Assembly (NCBI GenBank): GCA_964234715.1
Contig: OZ174284.1
Length of the DNA: 64,000 bases
Reading direction: 5' to 3' (one strand)
DNA from: Podarcis melisellensis
Taxonomy: Eukaryota
Position numbers and translations under genes: made by a program. Below the pieces are notes generated by a model. It had not been told where the DNA came from. It did not search any database and saw nothing but the letters and a program-made list of their open reading frames with translations. Shown in pieces: positions 52,380 through 63,701 of the stretch (positions within the stretch are counted from its first letter, which is position 1; every line of letters starts with the position of its first letter).

Positions 52380-52900
52380 CTACTATCTGAACTTTTGAAG
52401 TGCTTTGAAAACCTGGAAACCTGGCTAGATCAGATATTATAGCTGGACAAGCGTAAATGAATGGGCAAAGACAACTCTATAGTTGCTGTTCTTGTGCAGC
52501 TGAAATGAGGTAGGAACAGATTTTTGAACTGTCTAGATACGTCCACAGAAAGAAAGGGGGGTATTCATTCTGAACAATTGATCATTATGTTAGTGGTGAT
52601 CCCCAGGCAAGGGGAATTGTGATTGTCGTTCAGCACCCAGAACTGCAGAGGGAGAAACAAGCTGGATGGAACTGTCTGAACATTTTAAAGCAGTTTATTG
52701 TTCATTTTTTTAAAAAGACAAATGCATGTGGGCATTCTCCAAAGTTTATTTATGGACACTTTCTAGTTAACATGCAAGAACAAGTATTGTTTACTGACCG
52801 CAAGAAGGCAGGCTTGTTTGCCTGCAGGCGGGGCTTTTCTCCGATGAAACTCCCACAAGATTTTCATTTGTTGATGTGATAGATTAGTTGTTGCGAAACT
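52380..52900 (+). promoter_or_regulatory. Putative CYP2D proximal promoter with liver-type TF motifs
   Basis: HNF4/DR1-like GGGCAAAGACAA at 52463, forkhead TGTTTAC at 52788 and C/EBP-like TTGCGAAAC at 52891, all within ~600 bp of the ATG. Motif matches only. Confidence 0.35.
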
Positions 52901-53066
52901 TGAGCAGCGAGCTTTTTTTCTTGGAAGAGAGCACAACTATGTGGATAGGGAGGGACAGCAGCTAGAACAACACGTACAAGTTGAAAAATAAACAGAAAGG
53001 GGCTGACAGAGGAGAGAGGAAGGCGAAGGAAAGCAGAAGGGGATTTATCCAGAGAAGAACAAAATC

Positions 53067-53279
53067 ATGGATCTCTTGCTGTCATTGCCCTCCCTCTTCA
53101 CAGCTGCATGGAACAACCCCATGCTGTTGGGGATTTTTCTCGTTATTTTCATCTTGGCCTTTGATTACATGAAGCGTCGGAAAAGCTGGAGCCGCTACCC
53201 TCCAGGGCCAGTCTCCCTGCCCTTCATTGGCACCATATTGCAGATTGACTTCCACAACCCTCACGTTTCTTTTACCCAG
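53067..53279 (+). CDS. CYP2D: Cytochrome P450 2D-subfamily, exon 1 (signal anchor, basic cluster, PPGP hinge)
   Basis: MDLLLSLPSL...LLGIFLVIFILAFDYMKRRKSWSRYPPGPVSLPFIG; phase-0 donor CAG|gtaagt. Confidence 0.94.
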
Positions 53280-54990
53280 GTAAGTGCCTCCTGGGGGCTG
53301 GGAAACAGAAGCAAAGCAAGCCTCTACACACCCAAGCACTTTTCTTATAGGAACTGCCCAGTGTTAATAAAGGGCATGTCTGGCCAGTATTACCCACACC
53401 CTCAGGCTTCATTTGCTGTGCCAAACTTGGAAGGTGGCAAAGCAAAGTTGCAGGCACTGTTTTTTTTAGAGTGCTGCAATGCTACTTTGGCCTTGTGGAG
53501 ATCATGCACCACCCTGGCCTCTGTCTGCAGTAGGGTTGGGCAGGAAGAGCAGAGGTCCATGGGGAAATGCAGGCAGTGCGGTGCGTGGACTGCAGGGGGA
53601 AGAAACAGCATTGTTTCCCATCTGCACCCCTTTCAAACTACTATTTGCAACCACACCCTAGCAGTATGAGAAAGGAAGGTGACCACAAACATGCTTCAAT
53701 TAGGCTTGGGAACACATTTTGCTTTCCATAACTGCTCTAGAGCCCATAAAATGTGGTACACCAAAGAACTCCTGAACTCGTAAGAACTCCTGATTGAGAT
53801 TTTGTTTTATTTTTAGTAGACGTAACCTCATTTGCGTGCACCATTTTTTGGCACCCCACGGGGGCTGTGTGGTCTGGGTTTAGTCATCCTAGCGAATCTA
53901 GCTTATGACTGAAGCCTAAGTAAGTTGAGACTAACTTGTCTTATGAATTTCAGTGGGCTTTAAGCCCTGGCAACTTGGGTTTAATCTGGCCCTGCTACTG
54001 CAAGTACGCCTTCCATAACTAGGCATGCAGTAAGCAGGCTATTTACGTGGGGGTTCTGTTCTTGGAATAAGGCCAAAATTGGGGATCGTCAAAAGGCATT
54101 GGGTTCAGTGGTAGGTGGGATTGCCAAAGTTATTTTTCCTGGAACCCCACCCAATTTCCACCTCTTTTAAATTTTTTTGCAGCATGTGTAAGGCTGAATG
54201 CACATAAGTGAAATGTGTGCAAGCTGCAGGTTTACTGTATTCTGTAGAATTTGAGGGCTGAAAGAGGAGCAATAATCATTTCCATTAATGGTAATTTTTG
54301 TGATCCTGCATTTGCAGGGGATAATCTACCCAGAATGCATATTTCAAATCTCATTATTGCCTGGAGCCTTGGTGAACAAAACTAGAATCTTCAGTTAAGC
54401 TGCTTGAGGGCAGAAGAGAACATTCAGTGGTTGCAACCTTTCATTCTGGAGACTTATTTAGATTGCAAAATAATGCTTTTAAGATTTGAAAATGCAAATG
54501 CCTGCAAGGAAAGATTCTTGTTGGTTTGTTAACTCTTTGGGCTCATCCCCATTTACCTTTTGCCAGTGCTTTTTTAAAAAAAGAAAAAGAAAAAAGGTGC
54601 CAGCACTCACCTTGAAGTCAGTACAGTAAGTGCCACACTTTTAACACTTGGGGGGAAACGGTGCTATTACTGCGTTCCCTTGAGTACCCCCAGAAAAAAG
54701 CACTGCCTTTTACCACTCATTTTCTAGGCGCAGGTTGGTGCTTTCCTGGTGCATATCAAAATTTGCTTTTTTAGCCCCTCACTTTCCACTGGAAAACTCA
54801 ATCATTGCCACTGAATCAGAGAAGAAAGAAAGAAAGAAGTTGGATCTGGACCTGAAAAGCCTGGACTTGTGGCTAGAAATGTTGAACAAAGGAAAGTGTG
54901 AATGAGTCATTTGTGGAAGTGAAATGAAAGGCTTCTTTGGTGTGTGTTTTTGTGGCACACATTGATTTGCATTCTAGTCACATTCTCTCT

Positions 54991-56582
54991 ATTTTTAAAT
55001 GCTTTGTTATTCTAGCATAATTATTGCAAAGTCAAAACAAAACATTGCAAATATAAACATATACACAAAATTTTCAATAATTAAATAAACAAAAGAAGAA
55101 GAAGAAAGGAAAAGGAAAAAAAGACATAGAAAGAAGAAAAAAAGAAAAGAAAGAGAAAGAGAATAAGTGTGAGAAAAGAAAAAGAAAGTTAGGAAAGGAA
55201 AAGAAAAGAAATTAGGAAGAGTTTATTCTACATATATTTCTACAAATTACGGTATATTCTACAAATTTATTCTACATATTCTACAAATTTATTCTACATA
55301 TATTTCAATAAGTAAATAATAATAAAATGTCATTGATTGACTTCCACCGCTTTCACTGCACTTCCTATAAACATTTTAAACAAAATTATCTGTTATTCCA
55401 TATTTTTCTCCCATAGAGTCCCACATAAATGATCAAATCACTAAATTCTCTGGGTCTCTCACAAGGCTACTCTATACACAGCCAAAACCTTGTATTTGAT
55501 CCTTGTCTACATAACTAGTAATTTAAACATTTCCATTGTTTCTGAATTATACTTTTTGGTTTTTGTCTTATTAAATCAGCTAACTTTGCTAATTCAATAT
55601 ATTTGCATAGTTTGTTCACCCATTCCTCTTTGGTTGGGATGCAGTTTCCTTTCCAATGACTGGCTACCAGCATTCTCGCTGCTGTTGTTGCATACAGGAA
55701 AGTATTAATTTTGTCTTTCAGAATGTCTCCATTCAAGATTCCTAATAAATATGATTCTGCTCTCTTCTTGTATGATATTTTTATCAACTTTTTATTTCCT
55801 CATGTATCATATTCCAAAATTTATTAATTTCAGGGCAGGACCACCACATATGATATAAGGTACCAATCATTCTATTACACCTCCAACATTTATTGCTACC
55901 CGATATATTCATTTTTGCCAACCTATCTGGAGACATATACCATCTGTGGTGCATCTTCATAAAATTTTCTCTTACAGTGAAGGGGGAAGTATTTGATCCC
56001 CTGCTAAATTTTCCCTCTTGCATTCTGATAAAGAAATGACCAGTCCATAATTTTAATGGTAGGTTTATTGTAGCTGTGAGAGACAGAATAACAACAAGAA
56101 AACCCCCTTTTTAATATATTTCTCTTAAATTTGCTATTCATCCCATTCACGTTCCATGAAATACATTTTAGCACCATACCACTTTATTGCTGCCCACCAT
56201 TGCTAGTGGGGAGTTGTTAAAGATTCTGAGTTTTCCTACAGTTGCTTCGGGAGAAGAATGTCTTATTTTTAACAGTATCTCTCTTATAGATACAGATAGA
56301 GGCAGTTCAGGGCTGCCTCGTCAGGTTTTTGGGACGTTTGCATTGGGGAGTGGGTTAGCCTGTTTGCAGGAGGTCCTCCCTGTGTCTTAATTATATACTT
56401 TGTTTTCTCGCTTTGGGAGACCCCTTCTCGCGCTGCTGTGGGCTCTGTCCTCAGGATCCCCCCCCTGAGATTGGGGTGACTTACGCCTCGTCCTCCTTTT
56501 CTCTCTCTCCAATGCCGGGTTTGCCTTGAGATATCAGGAGCGCAGATCCCCACCCAACTGTAGGTGCGCTGTACTGGAAGTC
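54991..56582 (-). mobile_element. Internally deleted L1 LINE (5'UTR, ORF2 start, ORF2 C-terminus, 3'UTR)
   Basis: Minus strand: 5' end GACTTCCAG; MVLKCISWNVNGMNS (endonuclease start, 56177); RENFMKMHHRWY...CWRC...HMWWSC (CCHC); AARMLVASHWK...EEW. Candidate TSD TCACATTCTCTCT (54978) / TCATACTCTCTCT (56583). Confidence 0.82.
55975..56105 (+). mobile_element. Tc1-like transposon terminus nested in the L1
   Basis: TA|CAGTGAAGGGGAAGTATTTGATCCCCTGCT...AATTTTAATGGTAGGTTTATT...GTGAGAGACAGAATAACAACAA. Resembles the long TIR of fish/amphibian Tc1 elements (recalled, not searched). Confidence 0.7.
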
Positions 56583-56649
56583 TCATACTCTCTCTTTAAT
56601 ATTTTGCTGGAAACCCAGCCAGATGGGTGGGGTATAAATAAATTACTAT

Positions 56650-56693
56650 TTCTTCTTCTTCTTCTTCTTCTTCTTCTTCTTCTTCTTCTTCTT

Positions 56694-56723
<30 letters not shown>
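56650..56723. repeat. Compound trinucleotide microsatellite (TTC)n(TAC)n at the tail of an L2-type 3' end
   Basis: Read directly. Preceded by gaaacccagccagatggg...ataaata, which is also seen at ~51125. Confidence 0.92.
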
Positions 56724-56726
<3 letters not shown>

Positions 56727-56958
56727 TCAGAGCTATAGGAGTTTTCACTTGCACACCCAGTCTTTTTGCTTGGGACAAGAACAGTGCAACTGATTGGTCC
56801 TGCCCCACTCTTTAAAAGGAGAGCGGGATGGGTGGGTCAACTGTTGGGACAGTAATGCCTCGCCATGTATCCTAGCAGGTGAATATATTTCCCATAAACA
56901 TGTCAAGGAGATTTTGTGCTTGCATTTTTCACAATGCAGAAGGAAACCCAACCCTATA

Positions 56959-57000
56959 GTAGAGCTGAGTGTCATCAGCATATTGCTGACAATGTACTCC
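56959..57000 (-). mobile_element. LINE (L2/CR1-type) reverse-transcriptase fragment
   Basis: The minus strand translates GVHCQQYADDTQLY (YADD catalytic motif). Confidence 0.7.
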
Positions 57001-58075
57001 AAACCTCCAAACTATTTGTGCTACTTCTACCAAATCTTAACTTGAACCCTAAAATGAATGACTGAATCCTATGATGATAGTAAGATAACAAAAAAGTGTT
57101 ATGATCCAGGGTCAAAGCTTGACTGTGGTTCTAATGAGTGAAATTCTTGATGTGAGGTTATTGTGGCTGCCTTGTGTCTTGGTCGCTTGGAGGAATGCGT
57201 GAGGCTGTGCTGGGCATGGACAAGATGCTTCTGTGCTTCCTGTGGCCATCCATGGAAAGGGTCTGTTACTGGAAGCTTAATTGAATTATAGCTTTACTTG
57301 TGATACAGGATTAATTTGCTCTGTTGGATGTTACGAAACAGTTGCTGGTGTTTATTTTAGCAGATTACCAAGGTTTAAATTCCGTCCTCTCCAAAATATC
57401 AACAGTAACTTTTTTCTTTATTTGTGGGTAAACACTGTTTTCCTTGATAGGCTTTTTATCTGGCTCCAATAGCAGTTTTCCTTCTCTACATACGTAATTG
57501 AGCAATATCGCTGCAAGCAATTCTGCTCTAGGGATTCTGGAACATTGGGCAGAATACATTTTCGCAGACTGGGTTTTATCAGTTTAGTCCTTAATTATAT
57601 ATGCTACAACTGTTCACCTCTAGATTGGTCTACTGCACTGCACTTTGCATGGGGTTGCCCTTGAAGACATTTTGAAAACGTCAGCTGGTCCAAAATGCAG
57701 CATGCAATGTTAAGATCAGCAGAGGGGTCTCTCTTGGTAGTTCTGCCACCCACAGGAGCCGGGAATGGCAACCTAGTAGTGGGCTTTTTCTGTGGCAGCC
57801 CCACTGAGGTGCATCATTTGCAAAGCTTTGTCCCTATGCTGAAGATGTATCCCTTTATTCTCACCTTTGATAGTTAAGGTATTTTGTTTTATCAGTCCCA
57901 CCTCTTCTGTCAAATGTGTACTGCTCTGTTTTCACTGGCATGGTTTGGCTTGCTTTTGCAATGCTAACTTTTTCTCTATTTATATATTTTTTATTATGCT
58001 GTAACTGGCCCTGGGACTTGACAGAGTAGGATGGGTAAGAAATCTTAAAATGTCCCCCATTTCTTGTCTTTATAG

Positions 58076-58247
58076 CTAAGTAAGAAATATGGGAATATTT
58101 ATAGCCTGCAGAACTTCTGGACAAATGTGGTGGTGCTGAATGGTTACAAGGCTGTGAAAGAAGCTTTAGTCCATAAATCAGAAGATTTTGCTGATCGCCC
58201 CTTCTTTCCTATCTACAAACATCTGGGATATGGAGAAGTCAATCAAG
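58076..58247 (+). CDS. CYP2D: CYP2D exon 2 (172 nt): LSKKYGNIYSLQNFWTNVVVLNGYKAVKEALVHKSEDFADRP...
   Basis: Acceptor tttatag| and donor G|gtatgt. CYP2 motif VVVLNG..AVKEALV..SEDFADRP. Confidence 0.96.
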
Positions 58248-59261
58248 GTATGTCTGGAGCCCCAAGTTCCTGGAGAAGATGAAAGGGGTTGGGAGTCCCC
58301 AGCCACCGCTTGTCACGCTAGCATTGCAAATGTGACACCAAGTCCCGTTCTCTTAATGCAAAGTTGCACTTGGAGGCTGTGGGGTATTCAGCATTCTCCC
58401 TAGAGACCTGTTCAGAATCTACTTATGCCCATTTCAGTGCATAAATCAAGCTTTTGCAAGAGGCTGTCATGACCCCGGACTCCGATTAGAAGAGACCTGA
58501 AAACTGTGAGGACAGAGATACAGGATCCTTGAAGCTCCCCAATCAGGAGAAGTTTTCTCCACCTTCTTGCTAAGCCCAGGTTCCACAGGAGACCTTCCAT
58601 CCATGCCAGAACACACATCTGTGTAATAGATTACAGATCCGTTCCAAGCAGGGACTTCTTATATACATCTGCCCTGTATGACAAAACCATCCGTGTTGGA
58701 GCAACTCTTCCAATTCCCTACTTCTCAGTGAAACTGGCAATCAGTTTATACTGATTTGGGCTTCAGAGGGAGGGAGTTCTCTATGCTTCTAACTCTCTCC
58801 TTCCTGATCCGCCCTTTGCCAAAGCCAGTCAGAATGGCCCCACATGCTTGCAGGGAAGGGGCCCTGTGTAGTTAAATTGTGTATTTAATGATAATTTTTT
58901 TATATACTTTATAGTCCCTTTAGGTACTTGTACAACACAACTGTATATTTTTATAATTTTAAATAAAATCATTTTAAAATATTGTTATTGTGATCTGCTG
59001 AAATGCTTGTACACATAAAGCACATAATTTTGAAATTAAAAAAGATATTGAAAAGGAAAAAAATGAGGTCATGGCTTCAGTATATATTCATATAGTTCAG
59101 GTCAAAGTGTTCTTTGCCATAAAACTATGGCAAAACTGGTATAAGCAGATATCAGAGCTACTTAGGTTCCTTCTTGTGGTAATTTATCTTATCAATGCCA
59201 ATATTATGGGATAAAGTATTTGTTTATATCCGTGTACCTCAAGAACCGTCCCGAACTTTGT

Positions 59262-59590
59262 GTTCATAATCTGAGGCCCTTCTTCATGTGCCTCCTCCAC
59301 GTGAGATCTGGAGGGTGGCAACAGGGGAACAGGCCTTCTCTGTAGTGGCTCCCCATTTGTGAAATCCTCTCTCCAGGGAGGTGCATTTGACACCTTCAAT
59401 ATATATTTTTAGACATCAGGTGAAAACGTTCCTTTTCAACCAGGCCTTGGGCTGATTAATATTCTACAGCCTTTTAAATGTGACTGCAAGAAGTGAGGGT
59501 TATTGTTTTGCTGTTTTCTTTTAATTATTTACTTGTTTTTATTATGTATTCTGTGAACTGCCCTGAGATATTATGATGAAGGGTGGTATA
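59262..59590 (+). mobile_element. L2-like LINE 3' end
   Basis: aggccttctctgtagtggctccccatttgtgaaatcctctc...tgtgaactgccctgag...gaagggtggtata; typical squamate L2 tail. Confidence 0.6.
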
Positions 59591-59992
59591 CTATTATTAT
59601 ACACCATATATTTTATATTAATAAGCAGTTCAAGCTGAGGCCTTGCTGTTTGGTTAGCCCCATCAGAAGCAATATGGCTTATTAGGCTGAAGATGGACTC
59701 CAAATCCAGCTTCTTATTGGTGGTTTTAACTGTACATAAGATGGGGAATAAAAAACAGGGCTCAGCAGCTGAAGGCCGCAGAGCCAAGGTTCTCACAGCC
59801 GCTAATGAAGAGGCAAGAGAATAGATCGTAGGAGCTGTTTTGTGGGTGTCAGGGAGCTGGCAGGCCATGTGTCTTCCATTTCTCACGGTGGCCCTGCCAT
59901 GAAATTTGTTGGTGACCAAGGGTTATCCAGAAAGGTCTTTAAAATATAATGTACAAGCAAAACACACTTTTTTCCCTCTTCACTTTTTTCAG

Positions 59993-60145
59993 GACTGGTG
60001 ATGGCACAGTACAGCCAAGCCTGGAAGGATCAGAGGAGATTTACCCTCTCCATACTGAGAGACTTTGGAATGGGAAAGAAATCTCTGGAGCAGCTGGTGG
60101 TTGAGGAAGCTGAACATTTGTGCTCAGTGTTTAGTTCTAAGGAAG
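59993..60145 (+). CDS. CYP2D: CYP2D exon 3 (153 nt): GLVMAQYSQAWKDQRRFTLSILRDFGMGKKSLEQ...
   Basis: Acceptor tttcag| and donor G|gtgtg. C-helix WxxxR and LRDFGMGKKSLE. Confidence 0.96.
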
Positions 60146-60899
60146 GTGTGTTAAAACTAGGAAAACTGGGAAGGGCGAAGGACGATACCTTTAAAAAGCA
60201 AGTGGAAGATGTAGGCAGATGGTTATCTCCATCATTAAAATGGGTGGGGCATTTCCTATACCGTGAATATTTCCTCCCTCACTACTTTCATTGAGTCTTC
60301 GGAGCATTTGCATCTTCCTGGGATCAGGATCAGTCCTTCCTCCAGTTCTGGCATACTGACAAAGTCTTGCTTCTTCTGATGACCCAAGTAATATACTTTA
60401 AGAAAGGATAATACTGTACATCTGAGTGTAGGACAGTGGTGTGTGTTTCTCTTACTTCTATAAGATTTTCTTTCCAGAAAGAAAATTTGTGCAATTGGTT
60501 GACTTTTCATAAAGAAATTAATTATCTACCGCCATAGGGATATAGTAGGCTCCCACGGCAAGAGTTCAGATTAAGAATCAGGCTGATTAAGACTGAGGGT
60601 GGGTGAATCTGTCAATATCAGTTTCTCTCAGTTTCTCATTCTTTGAATCTTAAGTTCAGTTGACATTTCTGCATCTGCTTTACCACCCGAAAAGCAACAA
60701 CCACTGACCTGTTTTTATTATTTATCATTTAAAAAGCAGCTAACATTTTCTAGGCATTACAAAAGTTTAGAAAATTAGAATGTTAAAAGATAAGAAAACA
60801 AGACAGAAACTGTCTGCAGGCTTATAATCTGATAGACAGAGCCCAAGTGGAAAAGGCGATCCTGAGGAAAGAAAAAAACATGCAAACTCAGACACCAGG

Positions 60900-61201
60900 T
60901 GTTATGTACTGAAGTTCTCACCCTGGGCCAGTGGGGGATACTGTAGATAGTTATGCAAATGAAGGATCGAAAGTGACGTTCAGTGATTGGATGGATACTG
61001 TAGATAGTTATGCAAATGAAGGATCGAAAGTGACATTCAGTGATTGGATAGTTTTAGAAAGTTGTTACAGTAACGAGGTTCTGGAGCTCTATATAAGCAG
61101 ACTGACTGAGCCCTTCAGTTCAGTTCTGTTCCAGCTTACAAATAAAGAGCTGCTTTGGAGAAATCGCTGTGTCTTCTGATATGTTCACCCACAACTTAAC
61201 A
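60900..61201 (+). mobile_element. Solo LTR (302 bp) in CYP2D intron 3
   Basis: Termini TGTTA...TAACA; TATATAA at 61090; AATAAA at 61141; 57-bp tandem duplication in U3. The flanks CCAGG/CCAAT only partly match as a TSD. Confidence 0.82.
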
Positions 61202-61462
61202 CCAATTCTTAAAGTTAAACCATTTGATCAAAAAGCAGGGGAAACAAATAGTAGCAGGTTTCTCAGCCAGCCAATGGAGCAGCCCTTCTGTCCCACCCCC
61301 TGAGTGTCAGCCTAGCAGAATGGCTGATAATAAATGGCTGTTCAAGTAGTTGGTGAGCCGCTGTAATAAGTGTTTTTTTCTACTTTCTCAATGCCCCAGC
61401 TGCTTTTTAGAAACACTCAGGACCTTTGTCCAGCCTCCTCAGAACTTGCATTTTTAAACTTA

Positions 61463-61794
61463 CCGTATTGGCCCAAATATGAGCTGCACTCCCCCCCCCC
61501 CAATTCCAACTGTGAAAATTTAAAGTGCTGCTTATATCCGCAACCTTACGGTATGCAGCCAGGAGCAGGGCAAAGCAGCACCCACCCCGTGCGTAGTCCC
61601 CCGTCCTCTCCCTCAAGGCCAAGAAGGGAGAGAGCAAAGAAGGGGAAAGGCCACCGGCAGCTCATCACAGCTCCCCCCCCCCCCCGTATGCAGCCAGGAG
61701 CAGCGAGGAAGGGGCTTATATTTGGGTGTTTCCCCCCTTCAATTTTAAAAGTGCGGCTTATATTTGGGTGTGGCTTATATTTGGGGCAATAGGG
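61463..61794. mobile_element. Tc2/pogo-type MITE
   Basis: TA|CCGTATTGGCCCAAATATGAGCTGCAC ... GTGTGGCTTATATTTGGGGCAATAGGG; repeated GGCTTATATTTGGG subterminal motifs. Confidence 0.72.
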
Positions 61795-62080
61795 TGCTTA
61801 TTTATGAAACTGATCAAACTGTGAGGAGTCTGAGCATGGGAGTAGCCATGATTTTTATTAGGAGGGGGCAGAACCTCAGATTTGCATTGGTTTGTATTGA
61901 TTTGGGGGGGGGACAGCTGCCCCTACTGCCCCCCCCCCCGGTTACGCCCATCTGAGAGAAAAATATTAAGACTATGTATGCTAGATAGGCTTTTGGATGA
62001 CTTCTCTCTTAGGAATTTCTGTGGATTTAGGAGGGGTTGTTCAATACATGCTAATAGAATTGATGAGTATGGGTTGTGGA

Positions 62081-62228
62081 GGATAGAATTATTGAATTTG
62101 TCATTGGAAGGGACCGTAAGGGTCATCTAGTCCAACCCACTGCAAGGTACGAATATTTTGCCCAACATGGGGCTCGAAACAGCAACCCTAAGATTGAGAG
62201 TCTCATGCTCTACCAACTGAGCTATACC
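62081..62228 (-). mobile_element. tRNA-Lys-derived SINE with CR1-type 3' tail (lacertid P.s.1/POMSINE-like)
   Basis: The minus strand reads GGTATAGCTCAGTTGGTAGAGCATGAGACTCTCAATCTTAGGG...TTCGAGCCCCATGTTGGGC, then the CR1-like tail GTTGGACTAGATGACC...CCCTTCCAA. Partial relatives lie at 38215-38304 and 63280-63345. Confidence 0.8.
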
Positions 62229-62276
62229 AGTTGGATGTGTCCTAATATCATTTTTGGGCTATTCTGTCCTTTTCAG

Positions 62277-62437
62277 GTCAATCATTTAATCCTCACTATC
62301 TCATAAACAATGCAATTAGCAATGTGATCTGCTTCCTCACTTTTGGCAATCGTTTTGACTACGAGGATAAGAAATTCCAGAGTTTACTTCATTACCTTGA
62401 ACTGTCCATGAAGGAAGAAGCTGGACTTCTGCCACAG
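62277..62437 (+). CDS. CYP2D: CYP2D exon 4 (161 nt): GQSFNPHYLINNAISNVICFLTFGNRFDYEDKKF...MKEEAGLLPQ
   Basis: Acceptor tttcag| and donor CAG|gtaaga. Motif SNVIC.LTFG.RFDY.D. Confidence 0.96.
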
Positions 62438-62540
62438 GTAAGATAAGTTGTTTTGGGGGCAGGGTCATCATGCTTATGTGACTGTTAGATCCTGGGTCTG
62501 ATTAGTATTTACTATTATTATTATTTTATTTTGGCATCAG

Positions 62541-62714
62541 GCTCTTAATTCACTGCCCTTTTTGACACACATCCCTGGATTGATGCAGAAAGCCTTTTGT
62601 CATCAAAAGAAATTAATGGACTATTTAGGTGAGCTTGTGAATGAACACAAAGAAACTTGGGATCCCTCCTCCAAGCGAGACATCACTGAGGCATTTTTGG
62701 AAGAAGTTGAGAAG
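62541..62714 (+). CDS. CYP2D: CYP2D exon 5 (174 nt): ALNSLPFLTHIPGL...HKETWDPSSKRDITEAFLEEVEK
   Basis: Acceptor catcag| after a 103-nt intron and donor AAG|gtgagg. TWDP...RD.TEAFL.E is characteristic of CYP2D. Confidence 0.95.
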
Positions 62715-62919
62715 GTGAGGTGCATTTCATTTACTACATTTTTAGGGGGGGGGAATCAAAGAGGTGTACAGAATATATAACCCAATAAAACAAAACATAA
62801 TACCATTTCAAAAACTGCTTTGACAAAAAAACCCGTTCATGGCTGAGATTGCCATTCTGGGAAGAATTGTAAACAATTTATGCAAAATTTGCAATTCATT
62901 GGTAGACATCTAATATAAG

Positions 62920-63220
62920 GAGGAAGTGAGTGCCACCATGCTAGATGCCCTGCTCCTAGCGATGGTGGAGTAGACCTCAGAAGCATGTGGCACCACCAGG
63001 AAGGCCTCTTCAGATAACCTCAGTGACTGAGCAGGTCGATAAGGTCAAAGGCAATCTCTCAAGTAATCAGGTATCAATGTGTTTATGGCTTTACCAATAA
63101 CAGAACCTTCAACGTGACCCAGTAGCAGGTAGGCAGCCAAGGCAGATAGTACCATTGTTTTAACAAGCATGTTTATATGCTTACGGTAGGTTGCACCACT
63201 TAGCAATCTAGCTGCAGCAT
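62920..63220 (-). mobile_element. L2-like LINE fragment
   Basis: gagtgccaccatgctagatgccctg...accaccaggaaggcctcttcag...gctgcagcattc is the antisense of an L2 ORF2 3' region. Confidence 0.5.
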
Positions 63221-63701
63221 TCATAGAATTGGGTGGGGTTTTTTAAAAATAAATATTTTTATTTTCTAAAGGAAATAATAATAGAGCTGTTGAATTTGAA
63301 GGGGCCCCAAAGGTCATCTGGTCCAATCCCCTGCAATGCAGGAATCACAGCTAAAGAATTCCTGGCAGCAGTTGCAGTTTTGGGATCCCCCTTATGTGCT
63401 GCCTCTCATAAAGCGCACTGCAGTAATCCAGTCTAGAAGCTACCAGTACCTGGGCCCCCATGGCCAAGTTATCTCTGCCCAGGAATACACACTCCACACC
63501 ATTTGGCTAGGTGAGAGTGAGAAATGTATAAAATGATGCTGCCACATTATGGGCAGTGTTCCTACATGACTCAGAGGAGAGGGAGAGAACTACTAGTAGT
63601 GTTTTTGGCAGCAACTCTATGGAAGGTTTAATGTGTACTTCAGGCCTCAGGAAATTCCTGGCAAGCGTCTCTTACATTCTACCTGTATACTGTCTCCTCA
63701 G

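Noticed and set aside
53280-53669. C-terminal ~130 aa of the 200-aa ORF at 53067
   Set aside because: Intron read-through after CAG|gtaagt; P450 similarity resumes at 58076.
60936-61049. CRISPR-like or protein-coding repeat (DTVDSYANEGSKVTFSDW x2)
   Set aside because: Two adjacent copies with no spacer, inside an LTR U3 in vertebrate DNA.
62155-62228. tRNA-Lys gene
   Set aside because: Degenerate stems and anticodon, fused to a CR1-type tail; it is a SINE head.
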